A stretch of DNA of 63,573 nucleotides, counting the filler, from Reticulomyxa filosa (Eukaryota; Protista; Foraminifera): the NCBI GenBank assembly GCA_000512085.1. It is 15 parts of 15 records of this genome, joined end to end, with 100 filler letters (N's around TTAATTAATTAA, not from the genome) between each part and the next. Parts side by side here need not be neighbours in the genome. Positions count along the whole stretch, not along the records: positions 30,078 to 39,375 come from ASPP01008723.1; positions 39,476 to 43,590 come from ASPP01021881.1; positions 43,691 to 49,408 come from ASPP01008832.1; positions 49,509 to 57,737 come from ASPP01011150.1; 11 more parts are not named here. The stretch is one strand, 5' to 3'. Shown here in pieces: positions 37,559 through 51,068 of this stretch. Position 1 is the first letter of the stretch. Every line of letters begins with the position of its first letter. The notes under the pieces were generated by a model that was given only the letters and a program-made list of their open reading frames with translations, was not told the DNA's origin and ran no database searches. The position numbers were made by a program, and so were the translations under genes.

Positions 37559-38602
37559 TCATAAAAAATAGTGTACAAATAGTTTTTTAAGAAACAGTAA
37601 ATAAGTAACTCTTAAAATTTTGGCGATTTGTGAAACTTTAATAAACCAAGTGAATTTAGAGTTTTCTCCAAAATAGGAAACACCTCGACACAATCGGGTT
37701 TCAAACCAGCTCAGTAAATCATCCCAAAGTTCCCGCCATGTCAAATCACCATTACAAAGGCTTTCAAATATTTGTTTCAAGTATTTAATCATCTTTTTTG
37801 GTTTTGAAATACCCCAGTGATAAGACTACAAAATTCATGTTTCATCCACAAACTCACTTTTTCTTTTGATGAGAGTCAATCTTACAAACAGACAAAACTG
37901 AGTGCAAGCAGGAATTAAGAGTCGAAATAGAAATGCTATTGCCAGCGTCAAAACACATGCAATATATATGTGAGCACACATCACGAGTGGCTCTGTCAAT
38001 TTATCATAAAAAAGAAAATACACAGTAGTTTTTTGCCAAAATACTTTTTATAATTGTTGTTGTTATCATTTTTTTAATACCTAAAAATGGCTACAGTTAT
38101 TGTGCAAGGGAGCATCGCAATTGTTAACATTAAATTGAAAATACTGGTTCAATGATTACCATTTTGTTACCAAAAATATTTGTTGTGTGTCTTGAGTCTG
38201 CTTATGTATCCCCCCACCACGCCCGACCTCCAAAAAAAAAAAAGTGAAAAAAGGGAAAGTACAAAACTCAGACACAAATTTGAAACATTTGCTCGAAGAA
38301 TATTTGTCCATTTCACTGTGAACGTGATTGGTATAGGGCTGGTATTATGTATCAATCCAGTTTTGACAAATTTGTCCTTAGATACTCGACAAAAAATGCA
38401 ACTTGAAAGAAAAATTCCACAAAAAGTACAAAACTGATAAAAAGTTGGCGTACACTTTCTTTGGAAGTGAGCGCATTGCCTCCGTGTAAGGTGACAAAAA
38501 CATCACTAATTGTTGCCATTGATCAAATGCAGCAGCAAACAGATCCATTACAAAGTGACCAACATTTGAACTAAGTGAGGTCGAGCGTGTGGTACCTTCC
38601 AT
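37559..38602 (-). CDS. Possible small multi-exon hypothetical membrane protein
   Basis: Several short same-strand ORFs with hydrophobic stretches. The exon chain is not fully resolved. Confidence 0.3.
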
Positions 38603-38863
38603 GATAGGTTCGTGTTACGAACAGTAGGGTTCCTTAAACGTTGAATGAACTTTGAGTTTCAGTCCTTAAGTTCGGTTTTTTTTACAGAAACTCAAAAAGA
38701 TGTGTGACGATCAAACGAAACGTTTGTAATTTTCAGTGCAGAGGTATTTTTTGCCTGCAAAAAAAGAACTGGCTACCCTTTTTGGAATCTTTTAACTTGA
38801 GGGATAATATATTGATTAGAGCTCTTTTTTTTCCGGTATTTGGTCTCTTGCTATCAAAACATC

Positions 38864-39305
38864 ATGGCAGGACTATTTCGAAGAAAGCCAAGTAAGGCAA
38901 GGAGCGAATCCAGGTAGGTTTAGCTGTACGTCTTTGGGTTTTAAGTGGTCTTGTTCTGGAGTCAAAAGAAAAATGTGGATGGTTTGGTCTGGTTTGAATT
39001 GGCATAAGTGCGGATGTGGATATCGAAAACCTGTTAAGTGGAAGGGAAGGGATAGTGACAAAAAAAGGGGATTAAAGGAAAGAAGAACGTAATAAGTAAC
39101 TTTTTTTAAATGATGAGACTATTAAAATTTTATGGATATGAAAAAAATGAATTGAACAGAGACACTAAATTTGAAGAAATGATGACGTCCCGCAATCTGC
39201 CAGAAGAGCAGAAAAAGCAACTTCGAAAGTTGGACAAGACGAAAAAGATAATAATGGTTCACTCGTATCGCCAGCAATTGACGGACAATTCCACCACAGT
39301 ATCTG
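38864..39305 (+). CDS. Formin N-terminus (Drf GTPase-binding domain), 5' fragment
   Basis: KFEEMMTSRNLPEEQKKQLRKLDKTKKIIMVHSY resembles Drf_GBD. Probable first exon MAGLFRRKP followed by a GTAAGG donor. Confidence 0.6.
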
Positions 39306-39337
39306 TAAGAGCTAAACATGCATTAAAAAAAAGTGAT

Positions 39338-39375
<38 letters not shown>

Positions 39376-39475
39376 NNNNNNNNNNNNNNNNNNNNNNNNN
39401 NNNNNNNNNNNNNNNNNNNTTAATTAATTAANNNNNNNNNNNNNNNNNNNNNNNNNNNNNNNNNNNNNNNNNNNN

Positions 39476-39723
39476 TTCACAGCCTCTCCAGCTTTCTTTT
39501 TAATCTCTTGGACGATACGGTTAACAGTTATATATTTTTTAAATACTAATTTGAATCGCTTGATCATCAGCTCTTGAATTTGTATGGGCACTAGATCAAC
39601 CTTCAATTCAAATGAAGAGCTAAGAGAGGATGGAAATTCCAAATAAAAAAAGGCACGTCGTATCAGTTTTTCCATCTGATTCAAGCATTTTATATAAAAA
39701 AAAAAGAGTAGCTTCGACGACAT

Positions 39724-39761
<38 letters not shown>

Positions 39762-42700
39762 GAAAAGATAAATAAAACAAACGTGCTCAAACGAGGAATA
39801 CTGGTCAAGCACAGTTATTGAATCACTTGCGATCAAGTTTTTCAGATGCAATGGTGATTGGCTGGTCAGAGAATCAACAAAAGCAAATTTCCATTTTCTA
39901 TTCGAAAGATTTCCACAACAAAATGTTGGTAATGTCTTCTATTGTTTTTGCAAAAATAAATAAAACATGTAAACTGTGAAAAAATGATAGGAAATGGATT
40001 CTTTTGTCCCATAACATTATGAACAATAAGAACAACAAATTTTTGGTTGGTAGGTTTCTCGTTATCGGGTTTGCTGCAATACAAAGAGAATAGGCACTTT
40101 CGAGAATACATTTGATTTGAAAAAACTGTGTTAAGTCATTGCCCTTGTGTTGATATTGCAAGATGAGTCTATTCTTCCTGGAACTCTCAAAGAAATCTGT
40201 TACATCTTTTTCAAAGTGACTCACTTTCATGTAATCATTGGTACGCTTACTATTCCATTTACGTTGAAAAGAGCTATGTTCCAAATCACAGGTCAAAATT
40301 AACAACATTTCTTTATCGGAATTGTGTTTTGTGGTGTTCAAGACTTGTTCCTATTCGTTTTATTTTATTGTATTTTTGTGAATTGTCTAAAGAGTACAAC
40401 AATGATCACCTTTCTTCCATTAAATAAAAGACACTTAACAAATGTGTCGAAAGATTGATTTGTGTTGTCAAACTTTTGATCCATCGCTAAACTCACAATT
40501 TTGGCTGGATAGCGAAGTGGATAGAACAATTCCAACAATTGCTCCGATTCATCTTGTTTTACGTCACTTTGCAACTGCGGCTTGCGTTGCAAAAGAATAT
40601 AAACGATGGCCGAAGAAATTGTGTCATTAACGAATCCGCAAAACAATTCAGGAAGCTCCTTTTCGCTGGAAAGACCATAGCAGCGACACAATTTATGTTT
40701 GAGGATATTTTTTTTTTTCAGATTCGGATAACGGCAATGATCCAGCATATGAAATGTATTGTCTTTCAAAGCGTCCAAAAAATGCTTTTTCCGCCTTTGA
40801 AAAAAAAAACGACAGTAAGGTTTTATTTTTGAAAATAAAAGGAGAAGAAACAAACAAACTTTACAAACAAAATTAGCCATAGTTGTTGTAACTGAATTAT
40901 CTGTATCTTCTTTGAAGACAATAACAATACATTTAAATTCTTTTGCGACAATACAATCTCTGGTCTGATCCTCCACAGCTACACGGCAAAAGCGATTTTC
41001 TGAGAGAAAGAGAAAGAGAAAGGAAAAGAAGAATTACACACACACATATTCACAAAACATATGTATATACATACCTGGAGAGTTGCCATGATATCTTTGA
41101 TTGAGCATGTCATAAAGACATTCATGAGCAGAGTTTAACTTGTATAAAACAATCTTCTTTCCAACTTGCATACAATTGATGACTTTATGCAAATGATCAT
41201 AATTGGTCATGATTGCCGTGTCTGCTGCGAATTTACTCTCAAATAAAAATACCACGTCTTCACATGCCAATAACTTGTAGTCCAACAGCAATTGCCAGGA
41301 ATAAGGGTTCTCACATACCAACATGCAATGCCTACAATTTTATCTTGGAGATTCATTTCAACACATTTCAAAGGCCCCCAATTATTCATTAATGCCGATA
41401 TCTCTGTGGTACTTTTTCGTAGTCCTTTTTTTTAACGCCTCAACCAGGGACGCTTGAAACAGTGGCTCTTTGCAGCCTCCTAAATTTCTCATTACGCCTT
41501 GAAGGGATTTACTGAGTACTTGGTTGTACATGTAATGGCGAATCAGGGCATTAAAATCTCGTCTTCCCAGCCAGATTTCTTTATTCGGCCAATTTTGTTG
41601 TGATAACTTTTTAAATACGTCAACCAATATATCTACATCACCGTTGGCGTAAGTTTGTATGGTTGGTGTTGCAAATCGATTCTCCAATGGCTTTTAGGTC
41701 ATCATCGAGATTATTTGGAATTTGGTGCACAATGACACGATTCATTTTCGCAGCGTCCAAAGGCCAGTTTGGATAGTCCAACAAATGAAATTTTTGGATT
41801 TTCTAACAGGTGATGCAACACTTTCAAAGGGGAAATGCTTGGAATATTCTGCCAAGCCAATTTCATCCAATAACAAGAGTTTGATGAGTTCATCATCCGA
41901 GTGACTCATCGCTTGGTTCCACCTCTCTTGGATTCCAAGAGCTTTACTGTTTTTGCGTGCACTGAAAAGACACAACATGGAGTGCCTTTAAACCAATATC
42001 TTGCTTTCTTAATCTTTTTTTCGAAAATTTTCAATTTCAGATTGACACATGTTGTCTTTGAGAATTTGAAAAGATAATGTTTTCGATGTCCCCAGGATCT
42101 CCAACTAGCACAACTGTAAATCCATTGACACATACAATATGTATTTATATATGTGTATATTATTTTGAGAGGAAAAAAAAAAAAAAGACAAAACTGGGAG
42201 TCGTTGTGATAACACAGATAAATAACATAAACAATATCTCCTTCAAAGCAGCTGTTTTTGCAACATCTAATTATCGTATTTTTTATTTTATTAAAAATGT
42301 CACAAGTGTATTTGTAAATAAAAAATAAAACATTTTTATGGATTACCTGGGGGATACATTAGAGCATCGCAAAACTTGTCCCTTTCTTTTTCTAAAAATC
42401 TTCAAGAAATGTATGTCTTTTGTAGTTATCTCCTTTACGTATTCTCTCCTTTTTTTTTTTTTGGATTCAAGCGATAGTAATAACAAATTCCCATGGAAAT
42501 CACCAGACATTGTCTGATATTTAAGGTGTTTGCAAAGTATGTATTGACAAGCCAAACAAAGATCTTTAAGCATCTGTCCACATCTCGTAAGGACACTATC
42601 GCCACATCTTGCAATTTGACACGCACAAACTCTTGTGATTTGCAAATTTGTTCAACAATAAAGGGCGCCTCATCATCAAACTCGGTTTGTAGAGATCTCT

Positions 42701-43590
42701 TCAGTTCTTTTTTTTTCGATTTTTAATCATTTCCAAGATGTATTGACGTTCGTCTAAATCCGGCAACGATCCAAACTGCCAAAGGTATGTTTTTTCACGG
42801 TTTCACATAAAGGAAGCACTCGATATACGTACTTGGCCAAGCTATCTTTTTCAGACCATACTTTGTCCTGTGCGCTGAGTTTGCGCTCGCGATAAGGATT
42901 GCATGCAGCAAGGATTTTGATCTCCTCTGGTATTTTGATCTCATCAAGGGAGCGATTGCAAATCAGTTCATTGAACCAGCCGATATCAGGTGAAGTGTTG
43001 AATTCATCCAAAGAAAAGCCAAATTTCTTTCGAATTACATTGGTATTTACATCCTTTGGATTTAATTATGTGTGCCATTGATTTTAATCTTTTCTGTGCA
43101 CTTTTTTTACAATTTCATAGATATGCGTTATTGTCAATGCCTCCGTGGATATCAACTGACTCCAACTCAGTGTCCGTTGCGCATGCAAGGTATTTTATTA
43201 ATGCTGTTTTTCCACATCCTGTTTCTCCCATCAACACAGTCGGAAGATTGGACCGAATACTAAAGAGGATAGCCGTCATTTTCAAAATATTGTCATAAGT
43301 TAACACATAGTGTTTGAATTCTTCGTTACACAATTTATTGATTATTGTGCTCTTCTTTGCTTTTGGTACTCCCACTGCTCGACACAGTACTTCAATTCGC
43401 TTCTTTTTTTCTTCGAGAATCACTTCATTGGATGGGATCTTGACTGTTTCCCCCTTTTTGCATTTGTGATTTACATATCTTTTGTTTTTTTTTTTTTTAA
43501 TATGAAGTCTACATAAATCTGTTAACCATTAGCCATGCCCATAATTGTTGCAATTTGTTCATCTCTTCTTTCCAACAAAGTAGAACAAAA
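39476..43590 (-). CDS. RNF213/mysterin-like multi-AAA+ ATPase, internal fragment with several frameshifts
   Basis: YVLTYDNILKM...PTVLMGETGCGKT, DEFNT, AACNPYR, YRVLPL, WQFGSL, VSLRDVDRC, VGDPGTSKTLS, LLLDEIGLAE.S...PLKVLH.LLE, SNWPLDAAKMNR, GRRDF, RNLGG, LYDMLNQRY. Confidence 0.88.
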
Positions 43591-43690
43591 NNNNNNNNNN
43601 NNNNNNNNNNNNNNNNNNNNNNNNNNNNNNNNNNTTAATTAATTAANNNNNNNNNNNNNNNNNNNNNNNNNNNNNNNNNNNNNNNNNNNN

Positions 43691-44640
43691 AATGCAAATG
43701 CAAATGCAAATGCAAATGCAAATACAAATATAAACACGAACACGAATACAAATATAAATGCATTACATGCAAACGCAAATGTAAATACAACCACAACTCC
43801 AAATGCAAGCAACCAACTTTTGTGTTCAAAAAAAAGTGTACTGCCATCCACCTTCCCGTTGTGTGCCTCTTCATCAGTCAGTGGCAGTCACAGCCGGATG
43901 AGCCTTAATCAAAAAGGCCAAGCATTAAAACCATCGCTGCCGTCCATTTGGACCCCACAACAACGTCCAAGAGGGAATGCCAATGTCAGCAACGCCATGG
44001 CTAGGACTAATACAAATATGGACCCTAATGTCAATATCAATGTCAATGCTAATGTGAGTGTCAATGCTTACAATAATAATAATAATAATAATAATAACTC
44101 TCAGTTTAGTGATGTTCCCTATTTGCGCGAAAGTAGGTTACTGTCATCTTCGCCTTCCAACTACGTGGTCAATGGCAGTGGCCTGCAGCGTGCGTGTTCG
44201 ACCTTCCTCTCAGCAAGGACCCCCGGTAGCACCTCTGGCAGGCCGGAGAGCGAACGGCAGAGACAGCAATTGGCGTCTCATAGCAAACGGCAACGAGGCA
44301 TCTATCCGCCGCCACCACATTTGTATCGGGCCAGTAGCGTCAAAAGCGAAGCCACTTGTGCAATGTCAAATGCGAATGCGTCCATCATCTCCACACATGG
44401 TACGAGTGTCACTGCCACGATGGCGGCACCTGTTGGAACCAACACGTCCACGTCGACGAGGCTATTACCAAGATCGCCCTTTTGGAAATCCGACTATGAA
44501 CAGTTTCATTTTCCTGCGGTCATTCCCATGGAAAGGCCATTGTCAACGACATCAGCATCGTCGTCATCGTCATCATTATTATCATCGGCAACAGCAACAG
44601 CAGCAGCAACAGCAACAACAACAGCAACAACAACAGCAAT

Positions 44641-44684
<44 letters not shown>

Positions 44685-46705
44685 GGTTTCATTCAATCAC
44701 AAAACCAACGGCGATCATGCTACCTACAAATCATATGAATCGATCGAAATTTTGTCCCCGTCGAGCGAGTATGAATGTGCGCCAGACAGGACATTGCCTT
44801 GATGGTGGACAGGCGTCAGAGCGAACCAAGGGCCGACGAATGAGTACTGGCGCGTGCCAACATCTCGATTCTTCGTTTGGACAATTGCAACAGGCAAGAC
44901 TGCGGTCTGCCGACCCGGCCTTGTCAAGTCTGCGCATACCGCTGTCGAATAGTGTGTCTTCTCCGTCGCCCGCATTTCCATTTGTGTCCGGTTCCTCTGC
45001 TGCTATTACCACCGCCGTCACCACCCCTTTATCGCCGCCAGGCCTATCGAGACAAGACAGGGTTTGTTTCACAATTTGTTCAACATTATGCAGTCTCTCC
45101 TTCTCTGCTCTCCACTATAGCCATATGCTTTGTGCATGTACACATACATATATACACATATATGGTGTTAACAATGTACCAACTTTGTTACAAAGTTGGG
45201 CCAAAAAAAAAAAAAAAAAAAAAACTGACTCTGATTGATCCACATTCAAATTATCAGAACAATAGTGATAGCAATAATAGTAGTAATATTAATAATAATA
45301 ATAATGGTAATAATAATAATAATAATAATAACAATAATAATAATAATAATAATATGATTTGTAATGAGTCGATAACATCGCAATATCGTTCATCTTCTTT
45401 CATTGCCACGCCGGGCATACAGAACGATCTGTCCCCCATTGCGATTGACGTTTTGACACTTGTACCAAGTCGATCGAGCCCCTCCGACGTCCGGTCGCCA
45501 CGGGAGCAACAAAGGAAGTTGGCGGTGCGACGGCAAGAAATAGAGCCGGAGACACTCAATTCCATGGGTTTGTGTCCGACATCAACGACGCAAGCCAGAG
45601 CGGGGGTTAATGTACCCGTTGACGAAATTCAATCCACGCAACAACAACAACAACAACAACAGCAACTCCGGCATCACCAACATCGCTATGCTCACTACCA
45701 TGAACTTGCCCGTCCGAGTGCGCTCTCCCCTCTGGAGGAGTCAAACACGGGACATAGCAATTTCGAACAGTTGGCAGAAGAGCACAGAAAAAGGGAAAGG
45801 ATCAAAGCAGGGTTGCTCTATTGGATGACGAATCGAGATATGTCGGCCGTCTCCTCTGTGAACGGATCGACAAGTCGTCATATACATACTCGAACTCGTA
45901 ATCGAGACCGAGACCGAGACCGAGATCGAGATCGAATAAGAGAGCGAGAACGAGAAAGGGAAAGGGAAAGGGAAAGAGAAAGAGAACGGGAACGGGAACG
46001 AGAAAGGGCAAGAAGAATATCCATGCAAGAAACAACATATCGCAGACTTTCATCTCCACCTATGGTCTCCGTTTCCACTTCTACTGCCGTGGTTCTTAAT
46101 CCGCCTCTTCGTAGAAGTTCTGCTATGCGAAATCTTTTTCATTTACATATAATCACTACGCCCAATGATCACAGGTACAGCTAATCTTTTGTTTTTGTTT
46201 ATTTGCTTTTTTTTTTTTTTATCTTCCCCTTCCTCCCGTTTTTTTTTTTTTTTTGGTTAACATATCTGGTCGTTAGTAGAATTATATTTTATGTGTGTGC
46301 TTTTTTTAAAAAAAAAAGACCTTTGAATGCTTCTGATCCAGACAATTCCATTTTTTCTAGCGGCGTTTACTCTGGGTCACTGAACCGAAGTACTCTCTCG
46401 AAATCTCGCAACCAGGTTGCAATTGAGTCCTTGCCTACACGTTTGATCAGCGATAACGACCTGAAAGCAAATGAAAATAATCAATGCAGCATTTGCTTTG
46501 AAACTTTTAAGACAGGTATGTTCCATCTTTTTTTTTTTTTTTGGAGGAAAACAAAAGATATCAATGATCATATGAAATAGGTGACGAGGTAAGAACCCTT
46601 CCATGCTTTCATTACTTCCATAAAAAAGAAATTGATAAATGGTTGACAGAAAAACGCCTTTGTCCTACTTGTAGACACAATATTGATCAAGTCAATTTTG
46701 AGTGA
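43691..46705 (+). CDS. Low-complexity protein with C-terminal RING-H2-like E3 ligase domain (5' partial)
   Basis: Long N/T/Q/RE-repeat ORFs, then spliced IESLP...QCSICFETFKTG/DEVRTLPCFHYFHKKEIDKWLTEKRLCPTCR (intron 46516-46580). Confidence 0.85.
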
Positions 46706-47113
46706 TCAAAATACAAATAAACATAATTCAAAGGAAATTAGATAAACATTGTTCATTTTTTTTGTTTGGGTGAGTTTTTTTTGGAACAGAAATCCAACTT
46801 TATATTTTTTCATTTTGATTGTCAACATTCAGTAATTTCTTCCTATATCACTATTTTAGAGTTTTCCTTTTTTTTTGGTCAAATACAATCTATTGCTCCG
46901 TTGGGATGCATAGACCTTGTCTTCTTCAAAATCTAAAATATTGCTCTTTGTTAATGATTTCAGATATCTATCACTTTACCTTGTGTCTTGTTTTGCGTTG
47001 CAATGATATTGCATTAATGAAATTTTCATGTCGGAATTTTTAAATAAACTTTAGCAAGGAATTTTTGTGCCCCAATTTGAGAGATTATTTTTCTGAATCT
47101 ATTTATTTAAAAG

Positions 47114-48586
47114 ATGACAAGTTGGCACCAAATCAAACGGTTAGAAGTGTCTCGATTACAAATATTGTTGTTGATACTATTGAAAGGAGTAAAATGTGAC
47201 AGTGAGCTCTGTCGTTACGCCTACCACCCAACAGAGGGCTACATATTTTCATTAGGACCATGCAATCACATCAAAGGTTTTTACCCTCTCCTGATGGAAG
47301 TGTGAATGTTATACGTGATGATTGGTTTAGAGCCACTTGTAACAATGGAATTGCACAATTTAACTACTATTCTGGTGAGGCAGCGTTTGGAGGGGTTAAA
47401 AATGAGAATGTTAAAAATATTTTTTGTTTGTTTGTGGTATAAAAACAATACGAAAGATGCCAATTGCAACGTAGCAAAAAGTCGAGTAGTGCCCACAAGC
47501 ATATACAATTGTGCGGGATACTATAACTGTTATTATCAAGTGAATACAAGTTTATCAAGTAACAACGGCAGCTGCGATGACAACGGAGGATTGACATTTT
47601 CTTTTCACTTGCCAAAGTGGAGAACAAGTGCATTGGGGAACATTTATTTACTTACACACAACAGGCCTTTACACGGATTCGCTACATAAATCAACAATGT
47701 AAAGGGACGACTCTTTCGGAAGAAAGTTTGGTTCAGGGATGCTATTACTCCACTCTCACGAAAGCTTTTGCAGAGACCACAATCAATGACCAAAGCGGTA
47801 TATATTTATTATTTTGTTAAGATAAAAATAAAAACTTGTATATACATATTGCATGTTTAGAGGTCCTAACCAATGTTCCAACAAAACAGCCAACTGCAAG
47901 TTCAACACAGAAGCGTACAACTACATCAACATCAACAACAACATCAACAACGACATCAACAACAACATCAAAGATAGCAACTACCAACTTCCCTACCAGT
48001 TATCTATTTGTACTTGCATACATTGCACTCTTTTTTTTCCAAATAAATGAATGAATAATCTAGAATCTCCAGTGCGACTGACAGATAAACCTACACACCC
48101 TCCTAGTATCGCAGAAACGGTATGTAGCTGTTGTGTCTGGTTTTGTCGTTTTTGATTGAAAGACACACGGATCAAAATTTTTATTATAGAGCCTCATTAA
48201 TACCTCAGTAGCAAACAAGAGCATATATAGCAAAAAAAGTGTTGATGGTAAACTTGTTGCTGTCATTGTTGTTCTATCCACACTGTTGTTATGTGCATTT
48301 GGAATCTGTTATCTTTATAAACGAAAGAATCGTTACCCTTCTTTTGAAGACAATGATGTCAGAAGATCCAGAACTAATAAGAAAAAGGCTATTCAAATTA
48401 AAAATGACGAAACAGAGGTATTTATGCATACTTTTTTTTTCTGCTCGTCTTTTCACATTGTCTTTTGCAAAAGAAACAAAACGTATTTCAATGTTACTGT
48501 TTGGGATTTAGGATCATGACCAAGAGTCACCACGCGATATTGAGATGTTGTTGAAACAATCAACAGACACTCAACAAAAAAATTGA
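47114..48586 (+). CDS. Type I cell-surface protein: signal peptide, Cys-rich ectodomain, Thr/Pro mucin stalk, TM helix, short tail
   Basis: QILLLILLKGVKC signal; Cys-rich exons; VPTKQPT...TTTSTSTT; LVAVIVVLSTLLLCAFGICYLY followed by KRKNR. Confidence 0.7.
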
Positions 48587-48958
48587 ATGAAAATTATGTT
48601 AATATATGAAAGTACAGTATCATATAAACCAGACTTTCATAAGATAACAGCTTTAAATGGATTGCAAAAACTTAAATCAATCAATATTTCACACTTTTTG
48701 AACGTGTCTACATAGCTTCAAGTTTATAAAAAAAGATTAAGCTGTGACTTTCAATAAAAAATGATGTTTTTTCGCTTATTGACTCGATATTCTTTTGTTT
48801 GATTCAATTTTTAATCTTTTCACTCGAACGATCAAGGATTGTTTTGATTGATAAAAGTATTGAAAATTTAAAAAATGCTGTTATATTTTTTATTCCATGA
48901 AAACATAATTTATTTAGTCGTTATGGTTTAGTTACAACCAGCCGCAAAAAAAGACTAT

Positions 48959-49395
48959 CAAAATGCACCACTATAAATATTTGCAATTTTTTTGATGAAA
49001 AATTAACGTTTTTCCAAAATGATATTTCTACGTGGAGAATCTCATCACTAAAATTGCAAATGTTTATATGGTTGCATTTTAGTACTGTGTACATATTTTC
49101 AATAGAAAGATGATGCTATACTCACTATCTGCGAAATATAGAAAGCTAAATTTTTTTTAAAACATATCTGCGTCACTTGGAAATTGCGAAAGACACAAAA
49201 GAAAACATGTAATATTTTTTATTTTTAATAATAGCACGGATCTTTAACTGTCCTAAGAATTTTCAAGACACTTTTATTAAAAATCTAATGCATTTTTAGA
49301 TTCTCCACGACGTAGAAATATCATTTTAAAAAATATTTGAAAAAACGTTAATTTTTTATCAAAAAAATTGCAAACATTTATAGTGGTGCATTTTG
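48959..49395. mobile_element. MITE/foldback-like element with ~85-95-bp terminal inverted repeats
   Basis: 48959-49042 (CAAAATGCACCACTATAAATATTTGCAATTTTTTTGAT...CTACGTGGAGAATCT) is the near-exact reverse complement of 49298-49395, apart from small indels. Non-coding interior. Confidence 0.7.
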
Positions 49396-49508
49396 GTGTT
49401 TTTTTTTTNNNNNNNNNNNNNNNNNNNNNNNNNNNNNNNNNNNNNNNNNNNNTTAATTAATTAANNNNNNNNNNNNNNNNNNNNNNNNNNNNNNNNNNNN
49501 NNNNNNNN

Positions 49509-51068
49509 ATCAGTAAAACTGTTAGTAGGCATCGAGTGTTGTTGAGGCAAACTGTCATCAGGAGAAGAGGGACTGGATGTCAAATTGGGTAAAGAACGGG
49601 TCATTTTATCGTTATTCATCTGGCCGTATTTGTTTTTTTTTTTGCGTTTACTAGACAATAGTAACAACATTTCAGGAGTTTTGCCTCTCAAAGTTTCTCG
49701 TGCATCTCCAACGAGATCCCCCATGTTTGCCACGTCAAACATGACACGGTGAGGTGCCAACAAAGGTGCATATTCACACTGTTGAAAGTCCGTTATTGCA
49801 AATGCAACTACATGTGCAATTGCAGCAAAGCACATTTCAATACAAATTATAAAATCTTGCAATCCAACTGCAATAGTGTCTTCTGTCCATTCATCCGTCG
49901 ACCGAATCCAGCCTTTTTTTTTTTTTTTTTTTTTTTTTTTGGAAAAAAAAATTATATACAAAATACAATGGAAAAGAGAAATGAACAAAAAAAAAACATC
50001 ATGCATGTACATACCTAGCCACACAACACCAGCAATCAAAACAGACTGCCAATAGGTAAAGAAAACCACTCCTTTCACACATAAGAATTTTTGGACTGGC
50101 TTCAGTTGCATGAATTGTTGGTACCCCTCACTGTCATGAGGCTGTCTCTTCAGTGCCATGTAAAACAGCGCCAAGCAGTAAATCGCCCATGTCTGTGACA
50201 CTGAGCGAATGATAGCTATGTATGGATATCCAACATCATATTGAAATGTACCCTCGTCGTACACATCGCATATTTGCATCACAAAGGTTGCCAACGCACA
50301 GATTGGTTGAATAAAACAATATTGCAGAATTCCTATGCGTACATATATATGTATACGTGTACGTATAAATCAATCGATCATTATATATGTATATGTATAT
50401 ATGCATATATGCATAGTAGGACATTATATTTTGTTGATAATCAAACTTTGGCAAAAAAAAATATATATATATACATATATGTAGATATTACCAAAGCTGC
50501 AATTATTGAGGAAATTTCCGCGGTCAGAAGCGAACGTGTTCTCACTACCAAATGTCCATGGCTTGCAACAGTAGTTCATTGGCCATACATGTGACTGCAC
50601 GTGGATGCTTATATTTTCCAAGTATAATTGCACTTGTTCATATCCCCCTAATGCGTGTATTAACAACTGGTAGAAACTATAGATCACCAAGGCTTCGTAT
50701 GTATCTCGGATTGCATCCAAATATAATCCAAATTGTGGTGTGTACAAGCCGAACCATGACTCCACGCTGTACACGATTACCATTAATAGGATTCGTATTA
50801 TGTACCTTGTCGCATACACAACACAAATTATTTTTTGTTTGTTGTGTTCTTGAACCTTTGATCTGTTCTTTTAGGCTTCCTTTTTTTTTTTTTTTTTTGC
50901 TAACATAATTGCATTTTACTTTTAGCCACACCTTCGTGTCTCCGGTTGGTGATTGTGGTAGATGTGGTGATTAATTTGCATGCTACACAGCACTATCGCT
51001 GCAAACGCGAATGCAAATGCCACCCCATCTGCCCAAACGTGGAATTCAATGCCTAAGAAAGAAGGCAT
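49509..51068 (-). CDS. TMEM184/OST-alpha (Solute_trans_a) family protein, multi-exon, 3' end truncated
   Basis: YIIRILLMVIVYSVESW, IRDTYEALVIYSFYQLL..LGG, SQTWAIYCLALFY, KFLCVKGVVFFTYWQ, GLQDFIICIEMCFAAIAH. Confidence 0.95.

Noticed and set aside
43691-46020. (AAATGC)n, (AAC)n, (AAT)n and (GAGACC/GAAAGG)n repeats as telomeric, satellite or CRISPR arrays
   Set aside because: They are in-frame coding microsatellites (NA, T, N, RD/RE tracts) with no repeat-spacer structure.
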